Origin: Planctomycetota bacterium
Lineage (GTDB): Bacteria; Planctomycetota; Phycisphaerae; UBA1845
Assembly: GCA_043803085.1 (NCBI GenBank)
Contig: JAZDKM010000247.1
Span: 3,315-67,314, forward strand
Direction of reading: 5' to 3'
DNA: 64,000 nucleotides
Numbering within the stretch: position 1 is the first letter of the stretch; each line of letters starts with the position of its first letter. Below are positions 1 to 9,973 of this stretch, piece after piece. The position numbers and the translations under genes were made by a program. The notes beneath the pieces were generated by a model. It was given only the letters and a program-made list of their open reading frames with translations. It did not search any database and had not been told where the DNA came from.

Positions 1-852
1 CAGGTCCTGCCGCCACTTCGTCGGCCGGGCGTGGAACGGGGCATAGTGCTCGATCTCCTTGCCGATATCGATCCCGCGGCCCTTGGCCTCCGCGACGAGC
101 TTCTTCCACTCCACCGGGTTCTGCTGGAGCTCTTTCAAGATGCCTTTGAAGACGTTGCCCGTCTTATCGATGGCCCCGAGCTCCCCGAACTCGCCGGCGC
201 TCAGGAAATCACGGGAATGGTCCAGCAGGGGCCGTTTCGCCGCCCCGTACTTGCCGTAGATCTTCTGCCAGTTGGCCTCCGGCTCCGTGAACCCCGCCTT
301 CCGCAGGAACATGAGCCAGCCCTTCTCGCTGCCCTTGGCCGCCGCCGGGACCGAGCCATAGGCGGCCGCGAACTCCTCCGCGTGCCGGGCGCTGAACTGG
401 GCGGCGGAGCGCTCCAGGCCCATGACCGCCTCATGCAGGCCGGGATAGGACCTGAGCCGGGCGAACGCCCCCGTCACGAACCGCCCGATCGCGCCGACCG
501 GGGGCGCCTTGCGAAGGCCCTGGTAGAACTCCAATAGCGCCGGCCCCTCCATCTTCATCGTCGGGAAGGCCAGATACCCGCCGATCAGGCCGATGATGAC
601 CAGCGGGTTCGTCGCCACGTCGAGGACCGTCTTGACCAGCGGGTGCGGCTTCGGCCCGGCGATCCGCATCCTCATCGTCTGCAATTCCCGGGGCGACAGG
701 GTCTCCGGTGTGAAGATCGCCCGCGTGGCCGCGTCGATATCGCCCCGCAGGAGCAGATTGCTCATCGCGAGCGTCGGCCGGTCGTAAGCCGTGACCGGGA
801 ACTCGGCGTCGTAAGATTGATGATCGATGATGGATAATGGATTATTTGCCAT
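1..852 (-). CDS. Putative internal virion/ejection protein, N-terminal part (runs off window)
   Basis: ATG at 852 (MANNPLSIIDHQSYDAEFP...) and open to base 1; lies at the distal end of the late operon; absent from the ORF track because it has no stop in the window. Confidence 0.6.
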   Translation of the reverse strand, partial: MANNPLSIIDHQSYDAEFPVTAYDRPTLAMSNLLLRGDIDAATRAIFTPETLSPRELQTMRMRIAGPKPHPLVKTVLDVATNPLVIIGLIGGYLAFPTMKMEGPALLEFYQGLRKAPPVGAIGRFVTGAFARLRSYPGLHEAVMGLERSAAQFSARHAEEFAAAYGSVPAAAKGSEKGWLMFLRKAGFTEPEANWQKIYGKYGAAKRPLLDHSRDFLSAGEFGELGAIDKTGNVFKGILKELQQNPVEWKKLVAEAKGRGIDIGKEIEHYAPFHARPTKWRQDL

Positions 853-870
853 TTCGTCCGTGTCGGTCCG

Positions 871-1392
871 CTACGTCAGCACCTCGCCCCGGGCCAGTTT
901 CGTCGGCATCCCCCGCCCGCCCGAGAGCTGCTGCATGAGCAGCTGCAGGGCGAAGTCCCGCTGGGAGCGGGTCACCGGCTGGAGGGCCTGCTCCCGGACG
1001 GCCTCGGGGGTCAGGGCCTCGCCCTGCGCCTCCAGCTCACTGCCGGCCAGCGCGGTCTGCGAGAGCTGCTGGCCGCCCTGGAGGAGCGTCCGCAGCAGTC
1101 CCTCGATCAGCATATAGCCGATGACCCCGGTCGCCCCGGCCTTCAAGGCCGACCCGCCGCCCTTGCCGCCGAGGATCTTCTTGAGCATGTCCATTCCGGC
1201 CGGCGCGCCCGCCGCTCCGCCGGCGGCCGCCGCAGCTTCCTGGCCGACAGCACCTCCGGCTGCTTCGGCCGCCGCCGCCCCTGTGCCTGCGGTCTGGGCC
1301 GGCGAGAGTTTTCGGCGCAGCTTTTCCAGCGCCTTGCGCATGGTTTCGTTCTGTTGTCGGATGCTTTTGCGCCGCTGTGCTGAATTCGCCAT
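871..1392 (-). CDS. Putative internal virion protein (Ala/Gly-rich)
   Basis: 173 aa, tightly packed in the late operon. Confidence 0.55.
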   Translation of the reverse strand: MANSAQRRKSIRQQNETMRKALEKLRRKLSPAQTAGTGAAAAEAAGGAVGQEAAAAAGGAAGAPAGMDMLKKILGGKGGGSALKAGATGVIGYMLIEGLLRTLLQGGQQLSQTALAGSELEAQGEALTPEAVREQALQPVTRSQRDFALQLLMQQLSGGRGMPTKLARGEVLT

Positions 1393-1393
1393 A

Positions 1394-1807
1394 TCACATC
1401 CCTCTCATCAGGGTCGTCAGGGCCAGGGGCGGCATCTGCCGCTGACTGGCGGCCAGTGTCTGGCCCGCCTGCTGCCGGAAACCGCCGAGCCCGCCGAGCA
1501 TCGCCATGACGAGCTCCATCTGCCGGTCCCGGCTGCTCTCGATCTCCTCGCGCCGGCGGGTCTCCGTCAGCATGGCGAGCGCCCGTTCCGTCGCCCGGCG
1601 GTTCTCTTCGTTCTCGACCTTGGCCGCGTCGATCCGCGCCTTGGCGATCATCTTCTCCAGACTGATTCGCTGGCTGCCCAGCTTGTGCTCCGTCCGCAGT
1701 CCCAGACCGCCCATGAGCAGGTCCTTCAAGAGCGACCCGGCCACGCCCCCGGCAATCAGTTTCGTCAGGAGCGGCGCCCCGGCAATCGCTGCTGGTATCA
1801 ATGGCAT
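1394..1807 (-). CDS. Putative internal virion (pilot-like) protein
   Basis: Start MPLIPAAIAGAPLL overlaps the upstream stop (TAATG); hydrophobic Gly-rich N-terminus followed by coiled coil. Confidence 0.55.
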   Translation of the reverse strand: MPLIPAAIAGAPLLTKLIAGGVAGSLLKDLLMGGLGLRTEHKLGSQRISLEKMIAKARIDAAKVENEENRRATERALAMLTETRRREEIESSRDRQMELVMAMLGGLGGFRQQAGQTLAASQRQMPPLALTTLMRGM

Positions 1808-3225
1808 TATGGTGTACCTCCCATCGCCCCGCCGGGCGTAGTGCCCGGCAGCCACTGGGGCCCGTAGACCACCGGCTGGCGGACCCCGGGCACGGCCGTC
1901 CCGAGCGAATCCCACAAAGCGTTGAACATCTCGACCGCCTCCGGCGACATGCTCGCCTTCAGTTTCTCCGGCAAGAGCGGATTGTCCAGCGTCAACGGCT
2001 GGCGGTACAGACCCTCCAGGGCCTGGGCGAAGCCCTGATTGTCGTCGGGAAAGAGTTGCTGGCCCAGGTGGGTCAGGGCCTCCGCCGTCAGGCCCTGGTG
2101 CGCCATCTTATAGGCGGTCATCTGCTGGCCCAGGGTCAAGGGACTGTCGGGCAGGGCCCTGGTCGAGCGGGTCAGGTCGGCGTCGAGGACCAGCAAGGCA
2201 TCGTCCAGCTTCTTCGTCACTTCATTGATAGAGCCGACCATCGGCTCGGCGGGGGCCCACTTGAGTTTCCCGCCCAGCGTCTCGCGCCTCTTTTCGACCT
2301 CCGGCTTGAGGCCCGCGACTTTGTCCCGCAGCTTGGTAAGGCTCTGCCGGATGGCGTAGGTCTGGGCCACGTCCCACCCTGCCGCCTGCTGCTCCAGCTT
2401 GTCGCGATTGCGGGGCTCGAACAGGTCGAGCGAGATCGGGGTCTGCAGGGCCGTGGTCAAAGGCTGGAAGAGGGCGTTCGCCTGCTCATAGATCGACGGG
2501 ATGCCGCCGGGCACGTCGTGAACGGGTATGAGTTTCGCCTGCGGGTCCGCCAGCCGGGCGTCGATCTGCTTGTCGATCCCGTCGAAGGTCAGCGTCTTCG
2601 ACTGGAAGCCCCGTTCCATCCGGCTGCGGGCCGTCAGCAGGCCCTCGCGGGCCCGCTCCGTCCCGGCCAGCTTCTCGATCATCCCCATCGTCATCCGCAG
2701 GTTCATCGCCCCCAGCGAATAGTCCAGCAGCGACCGGACGGTGTTCAGGTCCTGCTCCTTCTTCGTCCACCCCTCCAGCCGCTTCATATCGTTCTCGGCA
2801 ATCGCCTTCTGTTTCTCGAAGCGGGCGTTCTCGAAGTCCCGGTCGGTCTTGCGGAGCTCTTTCTGGAGGCCCGCGTTGAACTCGTCGCTCTCCCGCCGCG
2901 CCCGGATCTCGGCCGCCTGCTGGCTATCGGATTGCGCCATCTGCTCGCGGGTGAGCTGGGCCTGCTGCTGCTGGCCGGCCTTGGCCGTCTCGGCGCCGAG
3001 CTTCGCCCTTTGGGTCGCCCCCGCCTCCCCCGCCGCGGACCTGCCGGCGGCCCCGCGCTCCTGCATGGCCGCCGTGGCGAGCTGGGTCTGGCTGGCGATC
3101 TTGGCCCGTTCCGTCGCCCCCTGCTCCTGCATCGCCTGCATGATCCGGTTCGCCCGCTGGGCGGAAAACTGGATCGTGTCCGGGGAGAATTGCCCGATCA
3201 CGTTCATCGCCGCCTGTTTTGCCAT
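1807..3225 (-). CDS. Putative internal virion/DNA ejection protein
   Basis: 472 aa, Gln/Ala-rich helical protein downstream of the tail genes. Confidence 0.55.
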   Translation of the reverse strand: MAKQAAMNVIGQFSPDTIQFSAQRANRIMQAMQEQGATERAKIASQTQLATAAMQERGAAGRSAAGEAGATQRAKLGAETAKAGQQQQAQLTREQMAQSDSQQAAEIRARRESDEFNAGLQKELRKTDRDFENARFEKQKAIAENDMKRLEGWTKKEQDLNTVRSLLDYSLGAMNLRMTMGMIEKLAGTERAREGLLTARSRMERGFQSKTLTFDGIDKQIDARLADPQAKLIPVHDVPGGIPSIYEQANALFQPLTTALQTPISLDLFEPRNRDKLEQQAAGWDVAQTYAIRQSLTKLRDKVAGLKPEVEKRRETLGGKLKWAPAEPMVGSINEVTKKLDDALLVLDADLTRSTRALPDSPLTLGQQMTAYKMAHQGLTAEALTHLGQQLFPDDNQGFAQALEGLYRQPLTLDNPLLPEKLKASMSPEAVEMFNALWDSLGTAVPGVRQPVVYGPQWLPGTTPGGAMGGTP

Positions 3226-3246
3226 AAGAAAACCTCTGTATCACCT

Positions 3247-4269
3247 CTATAAAGGACCCTGGTAGAAGGTCGGATAGGGTCCCGTCTTCTTCGGCGGCCG
3301 CCCGCGGCTGATCGGGGGCGCCGTCTCGCTCAATTCGTTCAGGAGCGAGAACAGGGGCGTACTGTCGATGGCGGTCACCGGACTGTCGTTGATCCAGTTC
3401 GCCAGCTCCGCCCATTCGGCGTTCTCCGCCGCCGCCAGGTTCAAGAGAAACGCGCTCGTCTGCAAGCGGTACTGGTCCCCGGCCATCGCGGAGGCCTCAT
3501 AGGCGTCGAGGGCGTTCTTCTGGGCCAGATTGACGTCGGTGGCCAGTTGGGTCTCGGCGGTCGCCAGGGCCCCGATCCCGGTATTGAGGATCTGCTGGGT
3601 CCGGTCCCACGCCTTCGCCGTCAGGTCGGAGACGAGCGACCCGATGGAGGCCCGCTTGGCGTCGAGGTAGTCGCGGTACTCGGGCGAGTCGCCGCCGTAG
3701 CGCTCCTTGATCCCCCGCTCCGTCCCCTTACTGGTCTGGAGCCAGGTATAGGAGGCCGACTGGATACTGTGCGCGAGGGCGGAATCGTTCGTCTGGGCGT
3801 ACTTGTCGATTGTGCCCTTGATGTCCTGGGTCACCGCGGCCATCCGGGCGGCGGAGTCCCGCAGGTACTGGTCCGCCTGGCCGGTGTACTTGTTCCAGGC
3901 GGCCAGCGACTCCTCCGCCCCGGCGACGGCGACGGAGGCCAGCGACCGCAGGCCGCCGATATAGGCCTCGGAGCCCGCCGCCTTCGTCTTCAGGGACTCG
4001 GCGAAGAGCTGCCGCTGCCGCTCGGCGGCGTCCACCTGGCTCCGGAAACTCTCGATGGCCGATTCGGCCAGGTCCTTCTGCGGTCCCGTCAGGTTCCTCG
4101 GGACGGTCACCTCGCCGGTCTGCGGGGTCCCCGCCGTCGTCTGGATCGTCTCCGTCACCCGCTTGCCGATGTCCGACAGGGGCGGCTGGTTCTGCTGCTG
4201 CTCCGTCAGGTACTGGTTCAAATAGCTCTTCGGCGGCGTCGTGGTCGGCGCCGTGGTCGTCGTTGCCAT
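3247..4269 (-). CDS. Putative internal virion/ejection protein
   Basis: 340 aa, Ala/Gln-rich helical protein; position in the operon. Confidence 0.55.
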   Translation of the reverse strand: MATTTTAPTTTPPKSYLNQYLTEQQQNQPPLSDIGKRVTETIQTTAGTPQTGEVTVPRNLTGPQKDLAESAIESFRSQVDAAERQRQLFAESLKTKAAGSEAYIGGLRSLASVAVAGAEESLAAWNKYTGQADQYLRDSAARMAAVTQDIKGTIDKYAQTNDSALAHSIQSASYTWLQTSKGTERGIKERYGGDSPEYRDYLDAKRASIGSLVSDLTAKAWDRTQQILNTGIGALATAETQLATDVNLAQKNALDAYEASAMAGDQYRLQTSAFLLNLAAAENAEWAELANWINDSPVTAIDSTPLFSLLNELSETAPPISRGRPPKKTGPYPTFYQGPL

Positions 4270-4271
4270 CG

Positions 4272-6950
4272 CTACGGCTCCTGTTTGCTCTCGGTCGGTT
4301 CCTGGAGGACCGAGATGTCCGTGATCTCGAAGCTCGAACCGACGCCAATATACTCAAGGTACGGACAGATGTCAATTCCGGTCACCACATTGTCGAACGC
4401 CCCGCTCGCGTCGGCGACCGTCGCGGAGACCTCGATCTCGCACGTCTCGGACTCGATCGTAGTGCCCGCCTGGCGGTAGACGCCGATCCGCATCGTGTCC
4501 GTCACTCCGGTTTCCAGGCCGCTGATCGCGCGGAACTTGGCGCTCAGGCCCAGCATCTTGTGCCGGTCGCAGGCGACCAGCGGCTCCGGGGCGTCCATGG
4601 TCCGCAGCGGGGCCAGCCGGATATGGAGCGGCACCGGGGCGACGGCGAAACGGGCCCCATAGGCGACCGCACTGTCGAACGCCGAGGCGGCCGTGAAGGT
4701 CAGCGTCGCCGCGCCGACATCGACGCTTTCCACGATGGCGTAGTCGCCCGCGTTGTCGCCGTCGATCATATAGACCCGCGCCCCGATCAGGTCAGCATGG
4801 AAGGTCGCCCCGGCGGCCACCAGCATGGTAGTGGAGCCACCAGAGGCGGACCCAGCGCGCGTATAGGCGCTGCTGAGTCCGAGCATGGTGCCGCTGCCGG
4901 TCTCGGCCAGGTCCGGGGCCACGATCAGGCCCCGGGCCGTCACGAAGTACGCCCGGTGCCGGCCCCCCGTCGTGATATCCGGTCCGCTCGTCATCCATAC
5001 GAAGTCCGCCCCTTCCAGCAGGGAGATCCCGCCCGTCCCGTGCCACAGGCACAGGACCTCCGCCCGTTGGGAATCGAGGAACATCGAGCAGTTCAGGCCG
5101 GCGTCGTAGCCGCCCGTCACGTAGTTGGCGATATCGTTTTTCCAGTCCTGGGCCAGCAGGCGGCCGACGCCGGGGATATCGATCACGTTGGCATCGTTGC
5201 CGCCCATCAGTCGCAGTTGCAGCGACGAGATCATCAGGATCGAATTGCCCAGGACCTGGGCCGACCATTTTCCGTCCAGGCCCGGTCCGTAATGCGTATC
5301 GACAAACTGGACCGGCCGCTCGGAGGACGATTTGTAGATGTGCACGAACCCACCCGGGTGCGGAGCGAGGCACGTGTCCCCCGCCACCATGAACCGCAGC
5401 GGCCGGCCCCGCTGGGCGTTCCCCTCGCGCTCATTGTAGGAAGTGAAGTATTCCGGCGAGGCGTGGGTCAGCGAGCTCGTCAAAATGTCATACGGATTGT
5501 CGTCGGAGAGGGCCTGGCCCATGAGCGTCATGCCCTGGTAGCGGGCGATAGTCCCGGACTGCGGCGGCGTCACGATCGCGTCCGTCGAAGGGTCGTACTG
5601 ATCGAGGAGGACGAGCGCGGTGTCCGGGACCGTCCCGATGGCCGTCTGCAAGGTGTCCCAGGCCCCGCTCGTCGCCCAGTTGCCCGTCTTGGCGATACTG
5701 GATTCGTTGTAGAAGATTGCCCCTTCCTGGGCCGCCGGGACCTGGCCGAGATCGATGGTGCGAAACACGTCGACCGTATCGAACAGGGCATTGAAGTCGG
5801 CATAAGCCTTCGTCGCCACGACCGCCCCGTTGGCCGGGAAATCAAGCGTTGCCTTGCACTGGGCCAGGTACTCCGTCGTGGAGGCCCCGCCGCCCGTCAG
5901 GACCGAGCCGCTGACGGTGATATCGTCGGTGTTCGGGGCCGCCTCCGTGACGGCCAGCGTGATCGTATTGCCCGCCGCCCCCGCCGTCGCCGCCTCGATA
6001 TAGACGGCGCTGGCCTCCGCCCGGGCCGTGCAGCCGCAGTTGGCGGAATCGCCGTTGATCGCGTCCGCCAGGGCCTGGGCGTGGGCCGTGATCGTGGCCG
6101 CGGCCGCCGCCGCGATCGTCACGTCGCCCCCGGCGGCGATGTACTTGAACGTCCGGGTATTCACGGTGAAGATGTCCCCCGAGACCATCAGCCCGGCGTC
6201 CCCGCCGCCGCCGGCGAAGTAGAGGGCCCCGTGCGCCTTCGTCAGTTTGGGCTGGTCCATATAGACCGTGACGGCGTTGCTCATCGCGGAATAGATCCCG
6301 CGCGTCGAGGAGTAGAACCGCCAGCGGACCTGGTACACGCCATTGCCGGACAGGTGGTAATCCGTGTCCTCCGCCTGGCTGGCCTCGGTCAGCGCCCCCA
6401 GGGCCACGCCGAAATCGCCGGGACCCGAGGAGACGGCGACGACCGCCGAGCCGGTCCAGTAGACGGTCTTGCACGCCTTGCCCTCGACGGCCACCATGAG
6501 ATAGGCCCCCTGCGTCGCCGCCTCCAGCGCGGCCGTCGCCGTGATCGCCGTCGCGGCCCCCGTCCAGATCCCGAGGTACGTCCAGGTCGAGCCGTTGTCG
6601 CCGCTGTAGACGACGCCCACCTCCTCGTTGTCCGTATCGTCCACGGCGTCCCAGCGGATCACGAAGCCGCGATAGATGGTCGAAGTCCCTCGCTTCTGGA
6701 AGATCACCTCCTGGAGGAAAGAGACCCCGGCGTAGGCGTCCACGTCGCCCAGGCCGTTCACGTCATCGAGGTCCAGGACCTCCGCCATCCCGTAGAACTT
6801 CCGCAGGCAGCCGGCGAACCGCCCATCCACCCCGCTCAAGCGCCCCTGCTGCGCGACCCCGATCCGGGTCGGCGGGACGTCCATATTCAGGCGCGGACCG
6901 TTCAACTGGTACACGAGATAGTTGTCGAGTTGTTCGCGGGTCGCGGGCAT
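4272..6950 (-). CDS. Putative tail nozzle/stabilization protein
   Basis: 892 aa beta-rich protein; size and position typical of podovirus nozzle (P22 gp10/T7 gp12-like) proteins; has Ala/Thr-rich inserted domains. Confidence 0.55.
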   Translation of the reverse strand: MPATREQLDNYLVYQLNGPRLNMDVPPTRIGVAQQGRLSGVDGRFAGCLRKFYGMAEVLDLDDVNGLGDVDAYAGVSFLQEVIFQKRGTSTIYRGFVIRWDAVDDTDNEEVGVVYSGDNGSTWTYLGIWTGAATAITATAALEAATQGAYLMVAVEGKACKTVYWTGSAVVAVSSGPGDFGVALGALTEASQAEDTDYHLSGNGVYQVRWRFYSSTRGIYSAMSNAVTVYMDQPKLTKAHGALYFAGGGGDAGLMVSGDIFTVNTRTFKYIAAGGDVTIAAAAAATITAHAQALADAINGDSANCGCTARAEASAVYIEAATAGAAGNTITLAVTEAAPNTDDITVSGSVLTGGGASTTEYLAQCKATLDFPANGAVVATKAYADFNALFDTVDVFRTIDLGQVPAAQEGAIFYNESSIAKTGNWATSGAWDTLQTAIGTVPDTALVLLDQYDPSTDAIVTPPQSGTIARYQGMTLMGQALSDDNPYDILTSSLTHASPEYFTSYNEREGNAQRGRPLRFMVAGDTCLAPHPGGFVHIYKSSSERPVQFVDTHYGPGLDGKWSAQVLGNSILMISSLQLRLMGGNDANVIDIPGVGRLLAQDWKNDIANYVTGGYDAGLNCSMFLDSQRAEVLCLWHGTGGISLLEGADFVWMTSGPDITTGGRHRAYFVTARGLIVAPDLAETGSGTMLGLSSAYTRAGSASGGSTTMLVAAGATFHADLIGARVYMIDGDNAGDYAIVESVDVGAATLTFTAASAFDSAVAYGARFAVAPVPLHIRLAPLRTMDAPEPLVACDRHKMLGLSAKFRAISGLETGVTDTMRIGVYRQAGTTIESETCEIEVSATVADASGAFDNVVTGIDICPYLEYIGVGSSFEITDISVLQEPTESKQEP

Positions 6951-6990
6951 CGTCGGACTCAGGAATTATGAATTATGATTTTCCATTCGC

Positions 6991-8256
6991 TCATTTCTTC
7001 ATCAGCTCCACCGAGAGCTCGGCATTTTCGTAAGTCCCATCATCCAGGCTGCCGGCGACCCGCAGGCTGTAGGTATAAGTCGCCGCCGCCGGCTGGTCGA
7101 GATAGGTCAACTGGAAGACCGTATACCCGCCATTGGTGATGGCGAGCGTCTTGGCCTTGAGCTGCGTCACTCCCCGGCGGAACGAGACTGTCCCGTTTTG
7201 CAGCCCTGTCGCCACCGCCGACTGCACGCCGACCTCCGCCGTCAGCCGGACGAAGCCGGAAGGGACCACGACGTCGGCGACGCTCAGGATATTCGTGCCC
7301 GCCTGCACCCACGCCCCCGCGGCGGAGGTATCGGCTTCGAAGTTGCTCACGGCATTGTCCGCGACCTTGTCCGTCTCGATGGTCCCGGCCTTGATCCGGT
7401 CCCCCTGGATGAGCACCCCGGTCCCATCCTGACTGATGATGTTGAACCAATCGACGCCGGAATTGATGGAGCCTTGCAGGCCGTTGGGACTCAGACGCAG
7501 GCGGTAGACCGTGCCGAGGTTCAGCGTGATCGTGCCGGCCGTCATGGTCCCGAGGTCCGCTACGATGGCGGAGAGGACGTTCACGCTGATAAACCCGGCC
7601 GTGATCAGTTTGATGAATTGCGACTGCTCGAACGTCCCGCCGTTGTTGTAGCCGACGACGAACTGGCCCGCCGTCAGGCTCGGCTTGGCGGCCGCGCTGG
7701 ACAGGACGGTCGGCGCGGCCACGTCCCAATAGAGCCAGGCGTTGGCGGTGTTCCCGGCCGCGACCACATGTTCCGTGCCCTGGTACTTGACCTTGAAAGA
7801 GATCCAGGCGACGGAGCCGGCGATGGGGCTGTTGTTCGTGAAGCCGCCCTCGAACCCGTCGTAAGGGATCGGGATATCGATGTCATCGAAGGCGTCCGCC
7901 CCCGCGGCGCCCGCCGGCCCGGCCGCCCCGAGTCCGGCCCCGCTGGTCACATAGCGGACGGTCGTCAGGCCAGGTGGGCCGGGTGGGCCCTGGGAGCCGT
8001 AGTAGTTGAAATTGATGCTCTGGGCCGCCGTCCCGCCCGCCTGGGCGGAGGCGACGATCAGGGCCTGGAGCTGGGCCTCGGTCAGGCCGCCCTTGTCCAC
8101 ACTGACGATATCGGCGAACCGCCGGGTCATCCGGCCCATCCCCAGCGTCGGCTGGCCGCCGAAACCGGGACCGGCCGGGACCAGCAGGCCCTGCAGGTAG
8201 GGGCCGGGTACGCCCGCGTTGGCGCCGAGACCGGGATAGTTGAGGACATCGGCCAT
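6991..8256 (-). CDS. Putative tail fibre protein
   Basis: Short collagen-like GxP triplets and a LSAIVADLGTMTAGTIT ... IKAGTIETDKVADNAVS fibre motif. Confidence 0.6.
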   Translation of the reverse strand: MADVLNYPGLGANAGVPGPYLQGLLVPAGPGFGGQPTLGMGRMTRRFADIVSVDKGGLTEAQLQALIVASAQAGGTAAQSINFNYYGSQGPPGPPGLTTVRYVTSGAGLGAAGPAGAAGADAFDDIDIPIPYDGFEGGFTNNSPIAGSVAWISFKVKYQGTEHVVAAGNTANAWLYWDVAAPTVLSSAAAKPSLTAGQFVVGYNNGGTFEQSQFIKLITAGFISVNVLSAIVADLGTMTAGTITLNLGTVYRLRLSPNGLQGSINSGVDWFNIISQDGTGVLIQGDRIKAGTIETDKVADNAVSNFEADTSAAGAWVQAGTNILSVADVVVPSGFVRLTAEVGVQSAVATGLQNGTVSFRRGVTQLKAKTLAITNGGYTVFQLTYLDQPAAATYTYSLRVAGSLDDGTYENAELSVELMKK

Positions 8257-8309
8257 TTCGGATTCAGGAGTTATGAATTATCATTTATGATTGTCCGGTT
8301 CCTCACCGC

Positions 8310-9848
8310 TCACAGGGCGTTGCCCTCGAAAGCGGCGTTCTGGATCGTGTCCGCGTCCGTCAGGCCCGCCCGCTGGAGCTGGGACACGAAGGCCGACAGG
8401 CGCAGGTGCCGCAGGTTCTGGGTATAGACGGCCAGGCACCCCTGGGCCTTCTTCGTCACGCCCTGGCTGTTCAGCATCTCCCAGGCGATCCGCGGGGCGA
8501 TAATGGCGTCGAGCCCGATGGGGATCTGCGGGGCGATCTCGTAGAAGATATAGCCGCCCGCCCCGGCCGCCGGGACCGGGTTCAAGGCCGCCGCCAGGGT
8601 CGCGGCCCGCGTCTCGACGTTGTAGGCGGTGATCTTGCGCTGCTGGATGTAGTTGCCGGTCGGACTGGTCCCCGTCACCTTGATGATCCGCAGGATACTG
8701 CCGAGATAGGCGTTCACCTGGAGGTCGAGCGTCCCCTTGTAGGGCGTGGCCCCGAGCGTGGCGAGCGTCCCGGCCGCGTTCAGCGTGCAGGTCCCCGCGT
8801 GCAGGCGGGCCAGGCCGTTCGGCTGCGCCTCGACGGTGATCGTCTCGCCGTAGGCGATAGCGGAATCCTGCAATCTGAGCAGGTTCCCCTCGACCCAGAC
8901 GCCCTTGCCCTTCATGTTGTAGCTGCTGCCCCGGTGGTAGAAGACCTTGCAGCCGTGCCCGACGTTGTAGTAGACGGCCTGGACCGGCCCGAAGCAGTCG
9001 GGCAGGACGTAATCGTTGGTCCCGCTGGCGACGCTGATCTCGATCGTGGCGACGATAGGGTCGCTCTCCTGCCGCTGCTTTTCCCCGAGGACCAGGGCGT
9101 AGACGTTCTCCGCTCGCTCGATGATCCAGTCGTCGCTGTAGAGGACGTTGATCGTCGGCTCGTTCGCCCACTTGCGGACCTGGCCGATCATCCGGATCAA
9201 AAAGGCGGTCGCATAGTCGCTCGCCGAGCCGGAGGCGGTGACGGCGGTCCCGATGTCCTTCGTGAAGGCGACGCTCCCGGCGGCGGCGGTGAAGCTGGCG
9301 GCGGCGAAGGTATGGCCGACGAGGTGGCAGTGGATATAATAGGTCGTGTAATCGCAGTAGAAGGTGACGACCCCGGCATCGTTGGTCACCTTGGCCCCGC
9401 TGACGGGGTTCTCCCGGTCCCCGTCCGTCGAGAGCCACACTCGCGTCCCCGGCAGGGGCGCGCCCGCCGTCGTGCGGATCGTCAGGGTCACCAGGTAATC
9501 CCCGGGCCCCGCCCCGTGCAGGCCGATGACGTCCGCCAGGCCGTAGACGCTCCCGTTGCGGACGAAGATCTCCTGCCGGCCGACCGCGGAGGTGGTGATC
9601 GTGGAGTCCCAGAACTGGACGTAATAGTCCGCGTTGGCGGCCAGGGCCGTGACGGCGGCCGGGAACGTGCCCCGGTAGGCCCCGTTGCCGCTGTCCGTCA
9701 TCGCCACGTCGTAGCTGCCCGCGGCGTGCCCCCCGGCCCCGTACGTCTCGAACGCCCCGCCCGCGATGTGGAACGCCTGGCCGGCCGCGTTGCGGACCCG
9801 GGCCGTCACGGTCTGCCCGGCGGTATAGTCGAGTTTCAGTTCGTTCAC
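8310..9848 (-). CDS. Virion structural protein (Ig-like N-terminal domains plus putative head-tail adaptor)
   Basis: 512 aa, GTG start; beta-sandwich-like N-terminus and adaptor-like helical C-terminal segments. Confidence 0.5.
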   Translation of the reverse strand: MNELKLDYTAGQTVTARVRNAAGQAFHIAGGAFETYGAGGHAAGSYDVAMTDSGNGAYRGTFPAAVTALAANADYYVQFWDSTITTSAVGRQEIFVRNGSVYGLADVIGLHGAGPGDYLVTLTIRTTAGAPLPGTRVWLSTDGDRENPVSGAKVTNDAGVVTFYCDYTTYYIHCHLVGHTFAAASFTAAAGSVAFTKDIGTAVTASGSASDYATAFLIRMIGQVRKWANEPTINVLYSDDWIIERAENVYALVLGEKQRQESDPIVATIEISVASGTNDYVLPDCFGPVQAVYYNVGHGCKVFYHRGSSYNMKGKGVWVEGNLLRLQDSAIAYGETITVEAQPNGLARLHAGTCTLNAAGTLATLGATPYKGTLDLQVNAYLGSILRIIKVTGTSPTGNYIQQRKITAYNVETRAATLAAALNPVPAAGAGGYIFYEIAPQIPIGLDAIIAPRIAWEMLNSQGVTKKAQGCLAVYTQNLRHLRLSAFVSQLQRAGLTDADTIQNAAFEGNAL

Positions 9849-9876
9849 GAAACACCCCCTTCTGTGCGTTCTGTTC

Positions 9877-9906
9877 TTGACGGGGGAATGTACGGCATGC
9901 TATACT
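9877..9906 (+). promoter_or_regulatory. Sigma70-type promoter of the HNH gene
   Basis: TTGACG-N18-TATACT with TG extended -10. Confidence 0.6.
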
Positions 9907-9973
9907 GTACAAACAGCCAGCCGATTCGAGGTCGGGCTGGCTGGATTGACCACGACGATTGAAAGGAATCGCC

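Noticed and set aside
4263-6971. Long plus-strand ORFs (for example 902 aa here, 700 aa at 23422 and 896 aa at 56768)
   Set aside because: Antisense shadow frames of real high-GC minus-strand genes; Arg/Pro/Gly-rich with no recognisable motifs
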